A stretch of 63,997 nucleotides of DNA, the filler included, from Ionaspis alba (lineage: Eukaryota): NCBI GenBank assembly GCA_964255285.1. It is 6 parts of 6 records of this genome, joined end to end, with 100 filler letters (N's around TTAATTAATTAA, not from the genome) between each part and the next. Parts side by side here need not be neighbours in the genome. Positions count along the whole stretch, not along the records: positions 55,805 to 63,997 come from CAXUUL010000765.1; 5 more parts are not named here. One strand, 5' to 3'. Position numbers and translations under genes: made by a program. Of the stretch, positions 59,066 through 63,997 are shown in pieces. Position 1 is the first letter of the stretch. Each line of letters begins with the position of its first letter. The notes beneath the pieces are model-generated. The model was not told the DNA's origin and did not search any database. It worked only from the letters and a program-made list of their open reading frames with translations.

Positions 59066-62000
59066 ATGCCTTTCTTCTCGAGCATCTTCAAAGGCAGGGA
59101 TGCCGCAGCGAAGAAACATGCGAAGCAGAATGGCATGGTGCAGGCAGCGCCGCAGAAGCCCAGATGGGAGGATGCATGGCTGCGAACGGAGGTTGAGCCG
59201 GAGGAAATACAGGAACTGTTGAGGGAGTGCACGTTTGAGATCAAGTCTAGAGGTTCGAATACACTGTCTTTTGTGGTTTTCTAGGTTGGATATATGTGGT
59301 ATATAGATGTCATGCTGATTTGAGTTCCTACAATAGCTCTGGACATGCCTTTCTTGTTGCTACCGTTCAGACCGGCCTCAGATCCAAGCGCTGCTCGTAC
59401 CTTTATACGCAACTTCTTCAATCCGAGTCCTGGAAAAGGTGGACCATTGACAGGTGACCGTCTTGCTCAAGAATTGCGCTTGATTGAGCCCTTGGTATGT
59501 TCATCGCCCTATCGCAGCAGGCATAATTAACACCTCTAGGTACTTTGCAGTGTCTTGAAATGGTGCTGGAGCCGACTCGCTGGAGGTGTGGTGACATGGG
59601 AGGCTTATGAGCTGTTCAAGATCGGAGAACAAGGTTGGTTCATCAACGGTATCTGATGTAGAAACACGGGATGCTAAGAAACAGCTCAGACTCTAATACA
59701 GCCCGCGACGCCTTCGCAACCTTCATACCCATCAGTGTGGCCTCGGAGGCTCGGACGAAAATAATTTTCGACTTCTTCGATCTCATGGCAGCGATCGCAG
59801 CTCACGGGAAGACAAACGGGATGGGAGGACGCAAGTTATCACGACTTGGAGGCTGGTGGGCATTCGAACACACTGACACTGGCAACGGATTCGACGGAGG
59901 CTACAAAGTGTGGTCAAGGTATGGTGCTCACTTCGTTCAAAGAAGTCAGCGACTGATCGGAACCCAGCGCCGCGGATGCAACGAGCCATCTCTTCTTCGC
60001 CTACCTTCGCTCTCTATCGCCAGACTCAGTGCAGGGCACAAATGGCATTTCTGCTCTACCACTCTCGTTGCAAAATTTGCTTCAAACCACAGAATATCCT
60101 CCGATAGAGCACCACTCGACTCAATCACGCACTTCGAGGGTGGTCATGATTGTAGATACTGTGTCACCCACACCTTTTGCGTTATTGAGACGTGCGAAGC
60201 ATTTCGAGTACAGAGATGATGATCAAGTGCTGCAGCAATTTTCCGAATACGATGACCCGATCCAGGCATTAACGGAGGAGTGCAAGCGTGTATTGAAGAA
60301 CATCTCTTCCGCGAACGACTCTTCGACCTCGAAAGCTTCTACGAGTCTGAAAGATCCCTCTTGGTCGAGATTTGAGGATATTGGGTTTGGTGGCTTGGGC
60401 GATGATTCTGATCATGAAGATGAGATTGATGGACTGACTCTGGGGAGAAAGCGTCAACAGCAGCCGCAGGGACTGCGGACAACACCCTATTCAGCCACGG
60501 ATCTTGGTCGACCCACAACTCCATCATGGGCGGACTTTTTGTCGTCTGGATTCGTGGATGATGGCAACAAGACAACTGCGCCATTGTTACTTCCTCCCGA
60601 CAAGATTCTGCCACCAATCAATACTCGTGGTCAAAGTTCGCAGTCTCATAAAAGGCCGACAGAGAACGATTCCCACCTTGAGCCAGGAGAATTAGCGAGC
60701 ATCACTAGCTTCTACCTTGATGACGCTTTCTGGTGGGTCTGGATCACGAGTCTTGCTGGGGAGGAACCTGTCTTCCGCAAAGCTGTGTTTGGGAGATGTG
60801 CACTCATTGAGACGAGCATACGTGGCACAAATTGGCTGGTGATGGAGGAGATTATCAAAGGAGCTGCTCCGGAGCCAGATGCAGGAGCGTACATCGCGGA
60901 GAAGAAAAGCAGATTTGGATTCACCAAACGGGGCAAGCTTACTCGGAGCAAATCTACGACCAAACAGGTAGTACCTGCCGCAAGGGATGCATCCCAGAAG
61001 AATAATCGGACGCCGCTATTCAACAAGACGAATATTGCACCTGACCAGCATGCAAGAATTCAAGCAGCTGCCGCAGCGCTACAGCAGAAACAACATCAAC
61101 GAGAAAACGATCCTTCCAGTCCTCGTCGTGCAAGGCATGGTGACGGGACCGGTACCAAGACCAACAGTGTTTTCACTCTACAGCCTGTAATTATGAGCGA
61201 AGCAGCGCCAGCAATGCAATGGGCCAATAGCTACGACAAGGACGCAATTCGTGCGAAGTATTTGGGTGACAATTTCGCTGGTACGGGAACTGGATCAACA
61301 CACAACCTGGCCAGTACTACGAATGGGCTCACCAAGGCCAAGTCGCCTGCCACTAATGGCACTATCAGTCCTCCTCCACCATCGAAACCGGCTGCTACCA
61401 TTCCGAGGAACGAGTCGTACGGATTCCCTCAGCAGGATGCCGTTGCCGGAAAGGAAAATATAAGAAAAGAAGTTCCGCCGCCACGCAACCAGCAGGCTTT
61501 GCCACAATTACCGCAATCGGCTGTTGTCACGCCCATCGAAAGTCCCGCGCCCACTCCCATGCCTGCACCACCACCGCAATTTTCTGCTAAGCAGTTGCAC
61601 AATGTGAACGAAATGACTGCTGAGGCTTCAATGATACCTCTTCCGGCAAATACACCAATGGAGTACCCAAAGCAGATGGACAGGAAGCCTCTCCCTCCGC
61701 CAAAGCAAGTCACAGAACAAACTCCTCCTGCAGACCCAGAAGCATTCGCCTCTGGACCCGAGTATTCTGCCCAACGGGAATTTCCTCCTTCACCAGCATA
61801 TACCGCTATGCCAGAATATCCAGCCCCCACAACAAATGGTGCAACAACAATGGATCCAGGCCCTGAGAGTCAGCACGTTGGTGGTAAGAGACTGAAGAAG
61901 AAGGGTGGTCCAGGCGGTTTCAAAGGTCTCTTCGGGCGAAAGAAACCCGAACCGGTCAAGCCACCTGTGACCACCTCTCCAAGCAGCAAGCAAGCAGTCG

Positions 62001-62776
62001 CAGCCGCTCGCGCAGCGCTCGAAGGTAAATCACAGTTGCAGCAGAGTCCCACTTCTCCAGTAGACCAGCAAACGAAATCCGGTCGACGATTCTCTGGCAT
62101 ACCAAGAAGACAAGCTCCCGTGACTGTTCAATCAATATCCGCAGCTCCTCCCGCTCAAACCCTCGAACTGAGCGAGGAACCCCCAATGTCGACCGCAGAA
62201 CCCACCCCACAACCCTCTCCTCACTTTAATAAACACTACTTCGACTCCCAAGCCAGTCTCAGCCGCGTCAACACCAACGAAGAACGTCAAGCTGAGCGCG
62301 AATTCCGCACTTTCGACCAAGGACCCCTCAACGACCAGCCCGCTTTCGTCCCTGAGCACTCGGCCCGAACTTCCTCCGAGTTAGACGACGTCCCCGTACC
62401 CTATGAAGAGGCCCCCACCCCTCACGAGCAGCCGCTGCAGACAGTCCACGAGCCCGCTGACAATGTTTCCGAGAAGTCACTGGACTTGACGCGCCATGTT
62501 TCGCCGGTGCAGGATCGTTGGGCGCAGATCAGGAAAAATGCCGCGGAGAGGGCTGCGAGGCAGAGTGAGGAGCAGTCGAGGCAGACGGATAGGACGGAGG
62601 ATGGGGAGACTAGTGGCGAGGAGAGTGAGTCTACCCTTTGCATATATTGCAGATTGAGAAGTGGTTGGGCAGTTACTAATGAGTGCATAGCAATCGAATC
62701 TCGAGTCGCCCGCATCAAAGCCCGTGTCGCGGAACTCACGGGCAATATGGAAGCGCCGAGCCAGGGCCGTCGCTAG
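59066..62776 (+). CDS. MSB1: Msb1/Mug8 (DUF1708) domain morphogenesis protein, multi-exon
   Basis: PRWEDAW, LDMPFLLLPFRP, LKWCWSRL.GGVVTWEAY, IAAHGKTNGMGGRKLSR; C-terminal IESRVARIKARVAELTG. Confidence 0.88.
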
Positions 62777-63997
62777 TCGCTCTTTTCTCCATGGTCTCGA
62801 ACGTATATCAGAAGCACCGAGGAAATCAACATCTACCTCTCTTCTTCTTCCTCTCCTTTGTTCTCAGCCACCCCTCTATCTATCTCTTTAAGTGCACGAA
62901 ACTTCTCTTCCTTGATACCCCAGCTTTATAATCCATATATCCACCTTCGCAACTATCTCGGGGCGTTCTGACCGGTTCAGCGGCGCTTTCGATCAACTAG
63001 CTCCATGTCCATGGATCGTTCCCACATCCCCTCTTTTGTTGTTACTGTTGCTCGGAAATTGTTTTACATTGGCATGGTATATGCTTTGGTGCTGATCGTG
63101 GCTTGATAATAATTATTCCCCTCTTCACTTTCATTTTCGTCGAGATTGGCTGGGATGCGTGCTAGCGTGGTGTTGTGCGATAGAGGGTGGTGCACGCGCC
63201 GTCCGTTCGTTTTTCTGTGGTGGGATTATAGGGGATGGGGAAGAAGGGGGAAGGAGGTAATGGGCGGAAGGGGTATAAGGGGGTATGGGAGATGAGGAGT
63301 GGTGAGAGCGTGCGACTTGCTTTTCTGTGGAGATAGAGGGGGCATATGATTGAGATGTGCATAGCAATTCTTGTGCCATTGAATTGCTTCCATGGCTTAC
63401 TATTGAAATTGTTCATCCGTGTCGTTGCTCTCGGTATGATTTCTACCTACGGGGACTCCTAGATTGCGTTCCTGATTTTCCGAGAGACCGTTGCTATCCG
63501 CTTAAGGACGTGCTGCAAAGATCCGGGTTGAATGGACTTTCGAACATCATCGACAGCTCTTTTGATCGGACGGAAAGATCTGGCACTATCTACGTTGCCG
63601 CCTCATGCTTGAATCCTTCTCGCAATGCGAGGGTGAATGGTGGATTTTAGCCAGTCAGCAGCTATCGGATGTGGTTCGTGGCGCTTGACGTCCCGCCAGA
63701 CGAGAATCCTACAGATAAGGTCTCGATTGTAGAGCACTTCTCATTAGGCTACTAGGCTGTCTTGCAAGGAATCTTGTAATGTCTAGACCTCGAGGGAGGA
63801 GTGAGAGGATGTCCAATTCCCAAATCATTGTGCAAGTCTTGTCGTAGTATGATAGGGTATCAATTTCAAGGAGGAAATTGATTTTCCGGATTCTACCACC
63901 ACACAGACAGACCTCGCGCCCAAGACCCATGATATGTGATATATGATAGTCTATAAACACTGGGCGTGCATTGTATTTGGTAGATATCCTTACCTCA

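Noticed and set aside
63709..63997. Minus-strand ORF at the window end
   Set aside because: Short, no motif, truncated context

Overview
Eukaryotic, intron-containing DNA from a filamentous ascomycete (Pezizomycotina-type genes). It is not one locus. Five identical 100-nt spacers (N44-TTAATTAATTAA-N44) cut it into six unrelated scaffolds of about 11 kb, sorted by decreasing length, and there are three plain 100-N gaps inside scaffolds. Most content is compact housekeeping genes: cohesin loader, CenH3, CYC2, an APC permease, MTQ1, an AIM32-like protein, BET5 (exon 1 only), SDS22, xylose reductase, a GT1 glycosyltransferase, SCO1, an SRPK-like kinase, a HET protein, MDM10, MRT4, U1-70K, MRPL51, TPI1, RPF1, GRS1, a LaeA-like methyltransferase, SEC12, an OPA3-like gene and MSB1/Mug8. 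There are also several spliced orphan genes and a RIP-like AT-rich relic. I see no new multi-gene system. The strongest signals are regulatory: (1) a 165-codon in-frame extension with no AUG, probably CUG-initiated, on a coiled-coil gene; (2) a competing 5' splice site in the U1-70K RRM intron that yields a premature stop, a candidate autoregulatory AS-NMD switch; (3) dual-AUG mitochondrial/cytosolic GlyRS; (4) a possible Spo16/ERCC1-like protein. All family calls come from motif recognition by eye; no database search was run.
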